Source: Candidatus Latescibacterota bacterium
GTDB taxonomy: Bacteria; Latescibacterota; UBA2968; UBA8231
Direction of reading: 5' to 3'
Assembly: GCA_965243025.1 (NCBI GenBank)
Contig: CBDETY010000003.1
Location: 1,888,001-1,952,000 of the forward strand
DNA: 64,000 nt
The notes beneath the pieces were generated by a model. That model did no database searches. It was not told where the DNA came from and was given only the letters and a program-made list of their open reading frames with translations. Positions within the stretch are counted from its first letter, which is position 1. Every line of letters begins with the position of its first letter. Made by a program: the position numbers and the translations under genes. Of the stretch, positions 1-9,635 are shown piece by piece.

Positions 1-403
1 GCACTTCCTTCTTTTTCAGCTTCTCGTAGGTGCCGTCAGTGGCGATGCGATCGAGGTGGTCGAGATGGCGGATGTTCTGGCGGATGGTCTGCCAGTTGGT
101 GAGCATTCCTCCGAGCCAGCGTTCGGTTACATAGTACATCCCGCAACGCTCGGATTCCCGCAGAACCACATCGACTGCCTGTTTCTTGGTGCCGACGAAC
201 AGAACCGATTTCCCGGCGCGGGCGGTATCTACAACGGCCTGGTATGCCGCGCCCAGCATCGTCACCGTCTTCTGAAGGTCGACGATGTGGATACCGTTGC
301 GCTCGGTGAAAATGAACGGCCGCATCTTGGGATTCCAGCGTTGGGTCTGGTGGCCGAAATGCGTACCTGCTTCGAGGAGATCGCGTATCCCTACGTCGGG
401 CAT
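1..403 (-). CDS. rpsB: 30S ribosomal protein S2 (5' part; runs off window)
   Basis: Manual translation of minus strand from ATG at 403: MPDVGIRDLLEAGTHFGHQTQRWNPKMRPFIFTERNGIHIVDLQKT; not in ORF track because it has no stop in the window. Confidence 0.97.
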   Translation of the reverse strand, partial: MPDVGIRDLLEAGTHFGHQTQRWNPKMRPFIFTERNGIHIVDLQKTVTMLGAAYQAVVDTARAGKSVLFVGTKKQAVDVVLRESERCGMYYVTERWLGGMLTNWQTIRQNIRHLDHLDRIATDGTYEKLKKKEV

Positions 404-443
404 GTCACACTCACTTTCGTTAGGTCGATGTCGCGGGCACCGC

Positions 444-498
444 GGTCCTCAAGCACAATGTCCTCCCTGCAGGGAGGACTGCATGCGCAACGAGGACC
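444..498 (-). promoter_or_regulatory. Structured rpsB 5' leader (possible S2 autoregulatory RNA element)
   Basis: Perfect 20-bp palindrome GTCCTCCCTGCAGGGAGGAC (460-479) nested in an outer GGTCCTC/GAGGACC stem, ~40-95 nt upstream of rpsB. Confidence 0.45.
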
Positions 499-649
499 TG
501 GTGAAGGTCTTCACGATTGCTCTGCCGGAAATGCCGAGGGCAGGGGATACGTCCAGACTCGAGGTGGGTGAATTGCCCCGACTGCTTCTTGGATGTGCAA
601 GTCGTCGAAACAACCGGCGGTTTTCCTTGCGCCCGAAGTCGGGGGAATT

Positions 650-1045
650 TCAGCGCTTGGAGAACTGGAAACGCTTTCGGGCTCCGGCCAAGCCGTACTT
701 CTTGCGCTCCTTCTCCCTTGGATCGCGGGTCAGAAAGCCCGCCTTCTTCAGGGCCGGGCGCCATGTTGGATCGTACTGGATCAGCGCACGGGCGATTCCC
801 AGGCAGGCGGCCCCCGCCTGCCCCTGCAGCCCGCCTCCATGCACACTGATCTGAATGTCGAACCGCTGGCGCGATTCGGTGAGATCCAGGGGCTGGACCA
901 TCATCATCTCCAGGGCATCCCGCCTGAGGTAATCCTCGACGCTGCGGCCATTCATCGCGATCGTCCCGGACCCGGGACGGATGCGCACGCGGGCGATGGA
1001 AGTCTTGCGGCGACCGGTAGCCTCGAAAGTTTGCTCAGTCATCAT
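650..1045 (-). CDS. rpsI: 30S ribosomal protein S9
   Basis: [10 protein letters not shown]...GGG..GQAGA...[27 protein letters not shown]. Confidence 0.98.
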   Translation of the reverse strand: MMTEQTFEATGRRKTSIARVRIRPGSGTIAMNGRSVEDYLRRDALEMMMVQPLDLTESRQRFDIQISVHGGGLQGQAGAACLGIARALIQYDPTWRPALKKAGFLTRDPREKERKKYGLAGARKRFQFSKR

Positions 1046-1061
1046 ACCGCCCTGCCCGCAT

Positions 1062-1493
1062 TCAGAAAGTCAACTCTTCGGGCTTCTGGGCAGCGTGCCG
1101 GTGTTCCGGACCTGCGTACACCCGCAGCTTCTTCAAGGTCCGACGCCCGAGGACATTCCGCGGCAGCATTCCGCGAACCGCCATGGCAATCACACGCTCC
1201 GGGTGTTTCTCCATCATCTCGCGGTATGACGTCGTGCGGATGCCTCCGGGATAACCGGTGTGGCGGTAGTAGACCTTCCGCTCCTCCTTGCGGCCCGTGA
1301 CCGCGACCTTGTCGGCGTTGACGACGATCACGTGGTCACCCATGTCGAGGTGCGGGGAGAAGCCCGGTTTGTGTTTGCCCCGGAGGACGTGGGCGATCCG
1401 CGATGCAAGCCGGCCCAGTGTCTGGCCGGTCGCATCGACGACGAACCACTTGCGATCGATGTCCTTCGCCGTGGGCGAGTATGTCTTTTTCAC
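1062..1493 (-). CDS. rplM: 50S ribosomal protein L13
   Basis: [18 protein letters not shown]...[22 protein letters not shown]...YRHTGYPGG; GTG start at 1493 preferred. Confidence 0.98.
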   Translation of the reverse strand: MKKTYSPTAKDIDRKWFVVDATGQTLGRLASRIAHVLRGKHKPGFSPHLDMGDHVIVVNADKVAVTGRKEERKVYYRHTGYPGGIRTTSYREMMEKHPERVIAMAVRGMLPRNVLGRRTLKKLRVYAGPEHRHAAQKPEELTF

Positions 1494-1537
1494 ACCTTTT
1501 TCCGCAACGGTGAGTCTTCGGAGATAGACCAACCAAC

Positions 1538-2170
1538 TTAATGGGGACCCTGCTGACTGTCAATATGGCGCCAGCGCCGCCAAGCCCGGATCAGGACGAC
1601 GGCCAACACGGTGGCGATTACCGCGAAAACAATCCGATTGTAGTCCCCGAGCAGTTCGGCAGCGCGCTCCCAGTTGGTGCCGACGAGCATCCCGGCGTAG
1701 ATGAGCAGGCCGTTCCAGACCGCCATGCTCACCAGTCCCAGCCCGACCACCGGTTTCCAGCCCATCCCGCCCATGCCCGCCGCAAGGGCGATTACCGAAC
1801 GGATGCCGCTGAGAAAGCGGTTGGCGAGCACCAGCCAGACGCCGTAGCGCTCCAGCCAGCGCGTCGCCCGCTCGAGACTCTGCGCCGAGCCGATGCGAAG
1901 CCGGGACTGCAGAATGCGGGCCCCGTGCCTGGCGCCGAGGGCGAACATCACCGAGAAGCCCAACGTGCCTCCGATGCAGGTGCTGACGTACACGGGAATC
2001 CACTCCAGCACCCCGAGGCCGACCAGATATGCGCTGAAGACGACCACGACATCACCGGGGACCGGGGGAATCAGGTTTTCCAGGAAAGCGCTGACCGCCA
2101 GGAGCAGATAAGCCCAGAGCGGATTCCATCTCCCCAATTCGGCAACCGTGCTGTTGATGAAATCGACCAA
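1538..2170 (-). CDS. DedA family membrane protein
   Basis: [12 protein letters not shown]...[10 protein letters not shown] motifs, hydrophobic helices. Confidence 0.9.
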   Translation of the reverse strand: MVDFINSTVAELGRWNPLWAYLLLAVSAFLENLIPPVPGDVVVVFSAYLVGLGVLEWIPVYVSTCIGGTLGFSVMFALGARHGARILQSRLRIGSAQSLERATRWLERYGVWLVLANRFLSGIRSVIALAAGMGGMGWKPVVGLGLVSMAVWNGLLIYAGMLVGTNWERAAELLGDYNRIVFAVIATVLAVVLIRAWRRWRHIDSQQGPH

Positions 2171-2179
2171 CGAGCGGCG

Positions 2180-3397
2180 CTACTTTTCGACCTGGGCAAC
2201 GGCTTGCGCCGCCATGCCCTCGGAGCGCCCGGTGAACCCGAGCCCCTCTGTCGTCGTCGCCTTGACCGATACCGACTCCACCGGAATCCGCAGCGCTCCT
2301 GCCAGCCTTCCCCGGATGGTGTCCATGTGGGGGGCAAGTTTCGGTTCCTGCGCCATGACCACCGCATCGACGTTTACCACCCGGAATCCCTGCCCATCGA
2401 GCAGGTCGCGCACCTGGGCGAGCAGCAAAAGGCTGGAGATCCCCCGGTAGGCCTCGTCGTCGTCAGGGAAATGCCGGCCGATGTCGCCGAGTGCCGCCGC
2501 ACCCAGCAAGGCATCGATGACGGCGTGACTGAGAACATCGGCGTCGGAGTGTCCATCGAGGCCTGCCGGGTGGGGAATGGTCACCCCCCCGAGAACCAGC
2601 GGCTTCCCAGGCACGAGGCGATGGACGTCGTATCCCTGCCCCACCCGCGTACCGGCGACGGCCTGAGCGGGTTCCGGACTGTCCGCGGTTTTTTGGCGAC
2701 GGCTCATGTCCATGTTCCATTCCACCTTCTCGAAATCTTCGGGAGTGGTGAGCTTGACGTTCAGGGAATCGCCGGCAACGATTCGCACCTTCACTCCCAT
2801 GCGCTCCAGCAACGTCGCCTCGTCGGTTGCCGGGTGGGTACCTGCCGCCTCCCTGTCGAACGCCTGGAGCAGGGCATTCCTGCGAAAACCCTGAGGTGTC
2901 TGCGCGTTCCACAAGGATCGCCGGTCCGGGGTTCCGACGATCACCCCGCCTCTCACCTCCTTCACCGTCTCCGTTGCCGGAAGCGCGGGGATGGCTGCCC
3001 CGGACTTTTCGGTCTCCTCGATTACACGGTCGATCAGCTCCCGGGTCACCAGTGGACGCACGGCGTCGTGGATCAGGACGATCTCGTCCTCCTCCGTCGT
3101 GCCTCTCAAGGCGGAGCGTACGGAATCGCTGCGCTCCCGGCCGCCCTCGACGGCCGGCCGCAGCTTCACGAAATCGCCGGCAAATGCTTCGTAACGGGCC
3201 AGGTCCGCCGGATTCAGGGCGACGATGATGCCCCCTACCGATGGGGTCTCCTCGAAGCAGCGCAGCGTATGCCACAGTACCGGCCTGCCCAGAATCGGCC
3301 GGAACTGCTTGGGCACGGCACCCGGCACTCGCGTCCCGCGACCGGCCGCGGGAATCACCGCGACGACCTTGCTTGCTGTTTTACCGCCCTCGGACAT
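2180..3397 (-). CDS. ispDF: Bifunctional IspD/IspF (MEP pathway)
   Basis: N-term PAAGRGTR..PKQF, IHDAVRP, QTPQGF, KLTTPED; C-term RVGQGYDVHRL, GHSDADVLSHA, SVKATTTEGLG. Confidence 0.96.
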   Translation of the reverse strand: MSEGGKTASKVVAVIPAAGRGTRVPGAVPKQFRPILGRPVLWHTLRCFEETPSVGGIIVALNPADLARYEAFAGDFVKLRPAVEGGRERSDSVRSALRGTTEEDEIVLIHDAVRPLVTRELIDRVIEETEKSGAAIPALPATETVKEVRGGVIVGTPDRRSLWNAQTPQGFRRNALLQAFDREAAGTHPATDEATLLERMGVKVRIVAGDSLNVKLTTPEDFEKVEWNMDMSRRQKTADSPEPAQAVAGTRVGQGYDVHRLVPGKPLVLGGVTIPHPAGLDGHSDADVLSHAVIDALLGAAALGDIGRHFPDDDEAYRGISSLLLLAQVRDLLDGQGFRVVNVDAVVMAQEPKLAPHMDTIRGRLAGALRIPVESVSVKATTTEGLGFTGRSEGMAAQAVAQVEK

Positions 3398-3427
3398 GGC
3401 GGTGGAGGCTTCCTTCGATCCGGGATT

Positions 3428-4465
3428 TCACGAGATGAACATGGCGTCGCCGTAGCTGTAGAAGCGATATCCCGCGGCTACCGCTTCCCGATAGGCGGCC
3501 AGCACCGTATCCGTTCCAGCGAAAGCCGCCACCAGCATCAGCAGGGTCGAGCGCGGCAGGTGGAAATTGGTCAGCAGGGCATCGACGGCACGGAAGCGAT
3601 AGGGTGGAAGTATGTAGTGCTCGGTCCATCCGGACCCGCTGCGCACCAGTCCATCCTCCGAGCCCAGCGTTTCCAGAGTGCGCGCAGTGGTCGTACCGAC
3701 GGCGACGATACGGCCCCCGGACTGTTTGCGGCGACATATTTCCCGGGCTTCCGATTCCCCCAGGTCGTACCACTCCGCCTCCAGTCTGTGTTTGCGGGGA
3801 TCGGCGGTTCGGATCGGTTCGAATGTTCCCGGTCCGACGTTCAGGGTCAATGGAATCACTCCCACCCCCCTCTGTCGCAGGTTATCGAGCATGTCCCGGG
3901 TAAAATGGAGACCGGCGGTCGGCGCCGCGACCGCGCCCTCGCTGCGGGCGTAAACCGTCTGGTAACGCTCTTCGTCTTCGGCGACCGGTTTCCGCTGAAG
4001 GTAGGGGGGAAGCGGAACCTCGCCATGGGCGCGGATGATCTCCCAGTCCCGGCCGCCGCTTTCGAAACGAAGCTGGAGGCGGCCGCCGGCCCCGACAGAC
4101 AGGACGCGTAGGGCCGCCCCGGACCCGTCTCCGGTGGCGAGTTCCAGCTTTTCCGACTCCCTGAGGCGCCGCGTCGGCTTGCCCAGCGCCTGCCAGCAGC
4201 CCTCCCCGGTTCGGTGAATCAGCAGCAGTTCGACCCTCCCGCCGCCCATCCTTCGGGCCAGGAGCCGCGCCGGAAAAACCTTGGCATCGTTGATTACGAG
4301 TGCGTCCGCAGGGGTCAGCAGGCCGGGGAAGTCGGCGAAGGCAAGGTGCCTGCGCAAGCCGCCCTCGCGACGCAGAAACAGAAGCCGCGAGCCATCGCGC
4401 GCTTCGGCGGGGTACCTGGCTATCTGACTCGGGGGGAGGGCGAAGTCGAAACCGGACAGATCCAT
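3428..4465 (-). CDS. queA: S-adenosylmethionine:tRNA ribosyltransferase-isomerase
   Basis: PLPPYL, RYQTVYA, GAVAAPTAGLHF, AVGTT, TNFHLPRSTL, YRFYSYGDAM. Confidence 0.97.
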   Translation of the reverse strand: MDLSGFDFALPPSQIARYPAEARDGSRLLFLRREGGLRRHLAFADFPGLLTPADALVINDAKVFPARLLARRMGGGRVELLLIHRTGEGCWQALGKPTRRLRESEKLELATGDGSGAALRVLSVGAGGRLQLRFESGGRDWEIIRAHGEVPLPPYLQRKPVAEDEERYQTVYARSEGAVAAPTAGLHFTRDMLDNLRQRGVGVIPLTLNVGPGTFEPIRTADPRKHRLEAEWYDLGESEAREICRRKQSGGRIVAVGTTTARTLETLGSEDGLVRSGSGWTEHYILPPYRFRAVDALLTNFHLPRSTLLMLVAAFAGTDTVLAAYREAVAAGYRFYSYGDAMFIS

Positions 4466-4685
4466 CGAAACCGGGTCATGCCAACCGGGGAACTTGAGGG
4501 CGAGCCGAAACCGGATGGGGGCAGCCCGCCGGGGGCGTCCGAGGCGGGTCGGGCATAGCGGTCGGGAAGCGGTTGGTCGAACAGTTCACGGCGACCGCGG
4601 AAGGATGAGGTTGGCTTGCACGGCGTAAACGCCAAGCCTGAAAAGCCGCACCCCGAACGCTGACCTGAAGCTGATTGTCCCCACA

Positions 4686-5435
4686 TCATTTTTTTCGTGA
4701 ATGCCGGCAAATCGTCGAGAGGATCTTGAAGCCGGCCCGGACGCTTCCGGCCACCGTCCCGCTGATCTTCGACGCCCCGATGCGCCTCCGATAGCTGACG
4801 GGAACTTCGGCGATGCGCAGCCCCTGCTTTGCCGCCTTGATCTGCATCTCCACGGTCCAGCCGAAATCGCGGTCCTCCATCTCCAACTGCTCGAGTGCCC
4901 GCCGGGTTATCGCCCGGAACGGACCCAGGTCGGTGTAGGATACGCCGAACAACAGTCGTATCAGGGTGGTGGCGACGAGATTTCCGAGCCGGGACTGGAG
5001 GGGCAGGGCACCCGGCTGACGGATGCCCAGCACCCGCGAGCCGATGACGAATTCCGCCCCATCGGCCCACATGGGGTTCAACAGCCGCGCCATCTCTTGC
5101 GGATGATCGCTGTAGTCCCCGTCCAGAAAAACAACGATGTCGCACTCCCTGAGCGCGGCGATTCCCGCCAGACAGGCCTGGCCGTACCCCTTTCTTGACT
5201 CGCTGACTACCTCTGCGCCCCCTTCCCGTGCTCTGGCGGCGGTGTCGTCGGTCGAGCCGTTGTCCACGACTACGACCTGATCGACCACGGCACCTGTCTG
5301 CCTGCCGTTCCCGAGCCGCCTGGGAAGGTCGGCGAGCACCCTGCCGATCGCCTCCCGTTCGTCGCGAGCCGGAATGACGACCCCGAGGGACAGCCTGGGT
5401 GGGCAGACCTTGGAAGGATCACCGGAAGAAGGCAT
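4686..5435 (-). CDS. Glycosyltransferase family 2 (DPM1-like)
   Basis: VVIPARDE, VVVDNGSTD, FLDGDYSD, DLGPFRAI, GWTVEMQ; start uncertain (5435 or 5477). Confidence 0.88.
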   Translation of the reverse strand: MPSSGDPSKVCPPRLSLGVVIPARDEREAIGRVLADLPRRLGNGRQTGAVVDQVVVVDNGSTDDTAARAREGGAEVVSESRKGYGQACLAGIAALRECDIVVFLDGDYSDHPQEMARLLNPMWADGAEFVIGSRVLGIRQPGALPLQSRLGNLVATTLIRLLFGVSYTDLGPFRAITRRALEQLEMEDRDFGWTVEMQIKAAKQGLRIAEVPVSYRRRIGASKISGTVAGSVRAGFKILSTICRHSRKK

Positions 5436-5624
5436 AACTTGCGGTCCGGAGAATAACTCGAGCCCGAGGAAAGCCACGACCCGTGAAGCAAGGACAGGGA
5501 TCCACGACCCCGGGGGTCACGTCCTGAGCCCCGGTCCGCGCGAGGCCAACCGCCCGAAAGGGATCAGGTGGGTGTTTTCATCGACTCCCGCCGGGAATCG
5601 ATTTCGATCGGAACCGGAGATGGG

Positions 5625-6479
5625 CTACAGATTCTGCTCGAGCCAGGAGAGCAACGCGTCGACGACATCGGGATTTTCCAGCAGGTCGAGCCCATGCGCA
5701 TCCTGACCTTTGTACACGACCAGGTTCTTCGGATCGTCGGTGAAGTCGTTCAGGACGGAGGCGAAGGCGGCGTAGCTCAAAACCTGGTCCTCGGTGATCT
5801 GGCGAATGTCGTTCTCGGCGACGAGGAACATCATCGAGTGCGGGGAGAAGTCCTCAACCTCGGCACCGATAGCGAGGGGCTCGAGCGTTCCGGGATCGAA
5901 AACACCGGGAGACAGGGCGACACCTGCCTGGAGGTCGCCAGGAAAAGCCCCCATGCTGACGAAGGCGACGTTTCCACCTACCCCCGTGCCGACGATGGCG
6001 ACACGGGCGATGTCCGCCGAGGGCTCGGTTTTCAACCAGTTCAGGGCGGCGCGGACGTCGAGGTGGAAGTTGCCGAGATCGGATACAAGCAGGGCCTCCT
6101 GGGGACGGCCGTCGTCGGGATACGGTGTGTTTCCGTGGCCGCGCAGGTCGATGGCCAGGGGGGAATACCCCTCTTCCAGCAGCCGTTCGAAAAGGCCGGC
6201 GACCAACCACTCGAGCCCCCCGATGAAACTGCTGATCTCCCCGATATCGTGGACGAGGATCACCACCGGGTACGGCCTGGGGACATCGGGGTGACCGTAG
6301 CGGGCGCTGATCTCGACGCTGTCGACGGTAGTGAAGGCGACATCCTTGACCGGATAGACAATGCCAGGTCCGGTGGGGTAACCCGGCCCTTCGATGGTGA
6401 CGTTGTCCTCCTCGGGGCTGCAGCCGACGGCCAGCCAGAACACCAACGGGGAAAGCAGTTTCGGGACGTTGATTTTCAT
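5625..6479 (-). CDS. Alpha/beta-hydrolase-fold lipoprotein
   Basis: AGGAG RBS, lipobox-like LAVGC, AIDLRGHG, elbow region VAIVGTGVGG, C-term HG. Confidence 0.75.
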   Translation of the reverse strand: MKINVPKLLSPLVFWLAVGCSPEEDNVTIEGPGYPTGPGIVYPVKDVAFTTVDSVEISARYGHPDVPRPYPVVILVHDIGEISSFIGGLEWLVAGLFERLLEEGYSPLAIDLRGHGNTPYPDDGRPQEALLVSDLGNFHLDVRAALNWLKTEPSADIARVAIVGTGVGGNVAFVSMGAFPGDLQAGVALSPGVFDPGTLEPLAIGAEVEDFSPHSMMFLVAENDIRQITEDQVLSYAAFASVLNDFTDDPKNLVVYKGQDAHGLDLLENPDVVDALLSWLEQNL

Positions 6480-6607
6480 ACTGCTCCTGGGGTTTTTCCC
6501 AAATGAATTGCCCTTGCCAACAGTGTACAACGCGTGGATATGAACAGCGCGTAATTTTAAGGTAACCAGGGGAATCGAGCGGTGCCAACCAACTCCTCCA
6601 GCGATCG

Positions 6608-8341
6608 ATGATTCGCATACGGGACCTGTGCTTTTCCTTTCCCGGCGCCAGCGCCAGGGCCCTGGACAGGGTGAGCATCGACATAGGAAGCGGAGAACGC
6701 GTCGCCGTCATTGGGCCGAACGCATCCGGGAAGACTACGCTGGCGCGCTGCCTGAACGGACTCCTGGTGCCGGACTCCGGTTCGGTATCGGTAGATGGTT
6801 TCAACACCCGAGACCGGGATTCGCTTCCGTCGTTGCGCCGCCTGGTGGCGATGGTGTTTCAGAACCCGGACGATCAACTGGTCGCCACATCGGTGGAAGC
6901 GGAGATCGCCTTCGGGCTGGAAAACCTCGGCGTCCCCCTTCCGCGGATGCGGCAGCGGGTTGCCGAGGTGCTGGATCGTTTCGCACTGAAGCGCTACTCC
7001 GGCCACCCGCCCCATCTGCTGTCCGGGGGTGAGAAGCAGCGACTGGCCATCGCCGCCGGTTTCGCCCTGCGGCCTCGCTATTTCGTCCTGGATGAGCCGA
7101 CCTCGATGCTGGATTCGGACGGGAGGGCTCAGCTCCTCGACGTAATCGATGAACTGAGCTCGATACAGGAGATCACGACGATTGAGATAACCCAGGACCT
7201 GGAACAAGCCTGCCGGGCCGATCGCGTGATCGTGCTGGAACGGGGCCGCATCCTGATGGACGCAACTCCAGGTGCCGTGTTTGCCGAGGAGGATTCCTTG
7301 AGGGCGGTCGGCCTGGAGGTACCCTTTCTTTTCACGCTCGCCCGGAAAATTTCCGCAGTTGGGACGGTTCCCGTGCGTCCGTCGCTCTCCGACCTCGCCG
7401 AACGCGTGGTCGACCTCTGCGGGGTGCGGCGCCGGGGCTGTTTCGGAAGCCCCCCGAGCGGCCGCATCGACAACGGCGGCACCCGCCCTTGCCTGCAGGT
7501 CGAAGAAATCCACTTCTCCTACGAGGCAGGGCCCGGGCGCGAGACACGGGCGCTGGAAGGCGTGACCGCGAGCCTGTCCACCGGAGGGTCGGTCGGAATC
7601 ATTGGCAGAAGCGGTTCGGGAAAGAGCACCCTGGCGCAGCACCTCAACGGGCTGCTCGCCCCGGATCGCGGGCGCGTGCTGCTCGACCACGAGGATTTGT
7701 CCGACCCGGCAGTCGCCGCCGGCATTCGCAGGCGTATCGGCCTGGTGTTCCAATACCCGGAGGTTCAGCTTTTCGAAGAGACCGTCGCCGCCGACGTCGC
7801 CTTCGGTCCTGTCAGCGCGGGCTGCGACGAGGGGGAAACGCAGAGGCGGGTGCGCGCCGCCCTGAAAGCCGTGGCGTTGTCCCCCGAGCAGTACGGTTCG
7901 CGCCCCCCGACCGCCCTCAGCGGAGGCGAACGGCGGCGGGCGGCCATCGCCGGAGTGCTTGCCATGGAGACCGAGGTGCTGGTCATGGATGAACCCACCG
8001 CCGGGCTCGATCCGGCGGGGTTCGCCGGACTCCTCGATCTCCTCGCCAGGCTGCGAAAACAGGGAGTCGTCCTGGTGCTGGTAACCCACGACGTCAGACT
8101 CGTGGCCGCGGCCACCGCCTGGGTCGTCGCCCTCGACCGGGGACGGGTCGTGCTCGAAGGAAAAACGGAGGAGGTGCTGACCCATCCGGAGTTCACCCGT
8201 CTCACCGGGCTGGAGCCTCCCCCGGCGGTGCGCTTCGCCCAGAAGCTCTCGGGGGCCGGACTTCCGGTTGCGCCGGGGATCACGCGCCAGCAGCAGGTTC
8301 TCGATTTCGTGGATGTCCTGACCGGAGAAACCGATGAGTGA
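6608..8341 (+). CDS. Fused ECF transporter ATPase (EcfA1-EcfA2 / CbiO duplicate)
   Basis: Two ABC domains: GPNASGKT, VFQNPDDQ, LSGGEKQR, LDEPT; GRSGSGKST, VFQYPEVQLF, LSGGERRR, MDEPT. Confidence 0.92.
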   Translation: MIRIRDLCFSFPGASARALDRVSIDIGSGERVAVIGPNASGKTTLARCLNGLLVPDSGSVSVDGFNTRDRDSLPSLRRLVAMVFQNPDDQLVATSVEAEIAFGLENLGVPLPRMRQRVAEVLDRFALKRYSGHPPHLLSGGEKQRLAIAAGFALRPRYFVLDEPTSMLDSDGRAQLLDVIDELSSIQEITTIEITQDLEQACRADRVIVLERGRILMDATPGAVFAEEDSLRAVGLEVPFLFTLARKISAVGTVPVRPSLSDLAERVVDLCGVRRRGCFGSPPSGRIDNGGTRPCLQVEEIHFSYEAGPGRETRALEGVTASLSTGGSVGIIGRSGSGKSTLAQHLNGLLAPDRGRVLLDHEDLSDPAVAAGIRRRIGLVFQYPEVQLFEETVAADVAFGPVSAGCDEGETQRRVRAALKAVALSPEQYGSRPPTALSGGERRRAAIAGVLAMETEVLVMDEPTAGLDPAGFAGLLDLLARLRKQGVVLVLVTHDVRLVAAATAWVVALDRGRVVLEGKTEEVLTHPEFTRLTGLEPPPAVRFAQKLSGAGLPVAPGITRQQQVLDFVDVLTGETDE

Positions 8342-9635
8342 ATCAGTCGTCATTCGCAACGGCCGGGTTATCGACCCCGGGAACAGTTGCGAAGCCGTTG
8401 GCGATGTCTGGATAGAAAACGGCCTGGTGCGCGCCGTTGCCGCCGGACTTCAGATCCCGGAGGGAACTCCCTGGCTCGATGCGAGCGGCATGCTCGTCAC
8501 CCCGGGCTGGATCGACTCGCACGTCCATTTCCGGGAACCGGGCTTCGAGGCCAAGGAGACGATCGCCAGCGGCAGCGCCGCCGCGGCCGCCGGGGGATTC
8601 ACCGCGGTCGCCACCATGCCCAACACCGAGCCGCCTCCCGATTCCCGGGCAACTCTCGCCGACCTGCGGGCCCGGGGCGCCGGCGCCTGCGTGCGCATCT
8701 ACCCGATCGCCTGCATCACCGCGGGCCGCGCGGGGAAGCGCCTCGCTCCACTGGAGGATCTCGCCGCCGCCGGAGCCGTGGCTTTTTCCGACGACGGCGA
8801 CCCGGTGGCGAAGGCAGGTCTGATGGGAGCCGCCCTCACAATCTCGGGGCGGACCGGAGTTCCCCTTTTTCCCCACGAGGAGGTCAGGGAGCTGACAGCC
8901 GGGGGCTGCATGCACGAGGGAGCGGTATCTCGCCGTCTCGGAGTCCGGGGAATGCCCGCGGCAGGGGAAGAGGAGATGATCGCCCGCGACATCGAGCTCG
9001 TGGAACGGTGCGGAGGGCACCTGCACATAGCCCACATCAGCACCTCCGGCTCGGTCTCCCTGATTCGCGAAGCCAGGCAGAAGAGCCTCGCGGTTACCTG
9101 CGAAGTGCTGCCGCACCATTTCGCACTGACGGACGAGGCGGTCGCCGAGCAGGGTTCGGCTGCCAAGATGAGCCCTCCGCTGCGCGGGAAAACGGACGTC
9201 GAGGCGGTGCTGGCCGGACTCCGGGACGGCACTATCGACACGATCGCCACGGATCACGCTCCCCACACGGCCGCGGAGAAACGGCTCCCGCTGACCGAGT
9301 CGCCGTTCGGCATCGTCGGCCTGGAAACCGCGGTCGGCCTGACCTTCACCTACCTCGTCGAGACCGGGGTCCTCGCTCCCGCACAGGCGGTCGCCAGGTG
9401 GACGTCCGAGCCTGCGCGCATACTCAGGCTGCCGGGGGGACGGCTCGATGTCGGTGCACCCGGGGACGTGACGATCATCGATCCGGCCAGGCGCTGGACG
9501 GTAAGGCCGGATCGCTTCAGGTCGAAGTCGAAAAACACGCCATTCGCGGGCTTCAGGCTCACCGGAAAGGCTGTGGCCACCATAGTTGGAGGCCGCGTCG
9601 TTTACGACGGGATGTCAGAGCGAGAAGAAGGGTGA
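8334..9635 (+). CDS. pyrC: Dihydroorotase (type I)
   Basis: PGWIDSHVHFREPG, MPNTEP, FSDDG, HIAHIST, IATDHAPH, SKSKNTPF. Confidence 0.93.
   Translation: MSESVVIRNGRVIDPGNSCEAVGDVWIENGLVRAVAAGLQIPEGTPWLDASGMLVTPGWIDSHVHFREPGFEAKETIASGSAAAAAGGFTAVATMPNTEPPPDSRATLADLRARGAGACVRIYPIACITAGRAGKRLAPLEDLAAAGAVAFSDDGDPVAKAGLMGAALTISGRTGVPLFPHEEVRELTAGGCMHEGAVSRRLGVRGMPAAGEEEMIARDIELVERCGGHLHIAHISTSGSVSLIREARQKSLAVTCEVLPHHFALTDEAVAEQGSAAKMSPPLRGKTDVEAVLAGLRDGTIDTIATDHAPHTAAEKRLPLTESPFGIVGLETAVGLTFTYLVETGVLAPAQAVARWTSEPARILRLPGGRLDVGAPGDVTIIDPARRWTVRPDRFRSKSKNTPFAGFRLTGKAVATIVGGRVVYDGMSEREEG

Noticed and set aside
2180-3397. IspD-IspF fusion as a novelty
   Set aside because: Bifunctional IspDF is well known in many bacteria
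1541-4111. 856-aa plus-strand ORF and similar long antisense ORFs (14648-16798, 22951-25005, 28467-32390)
   Set aside because: Shadow frames opposite well-supported genes, expected in high-GC DNA; no motifs
5478-5624. Possible riboswitch in the GC-rich gap upstream of the GT2-queA genes
   Set aside because: Short hairpins only; no preQ1 or other recognisable aptamer consensus
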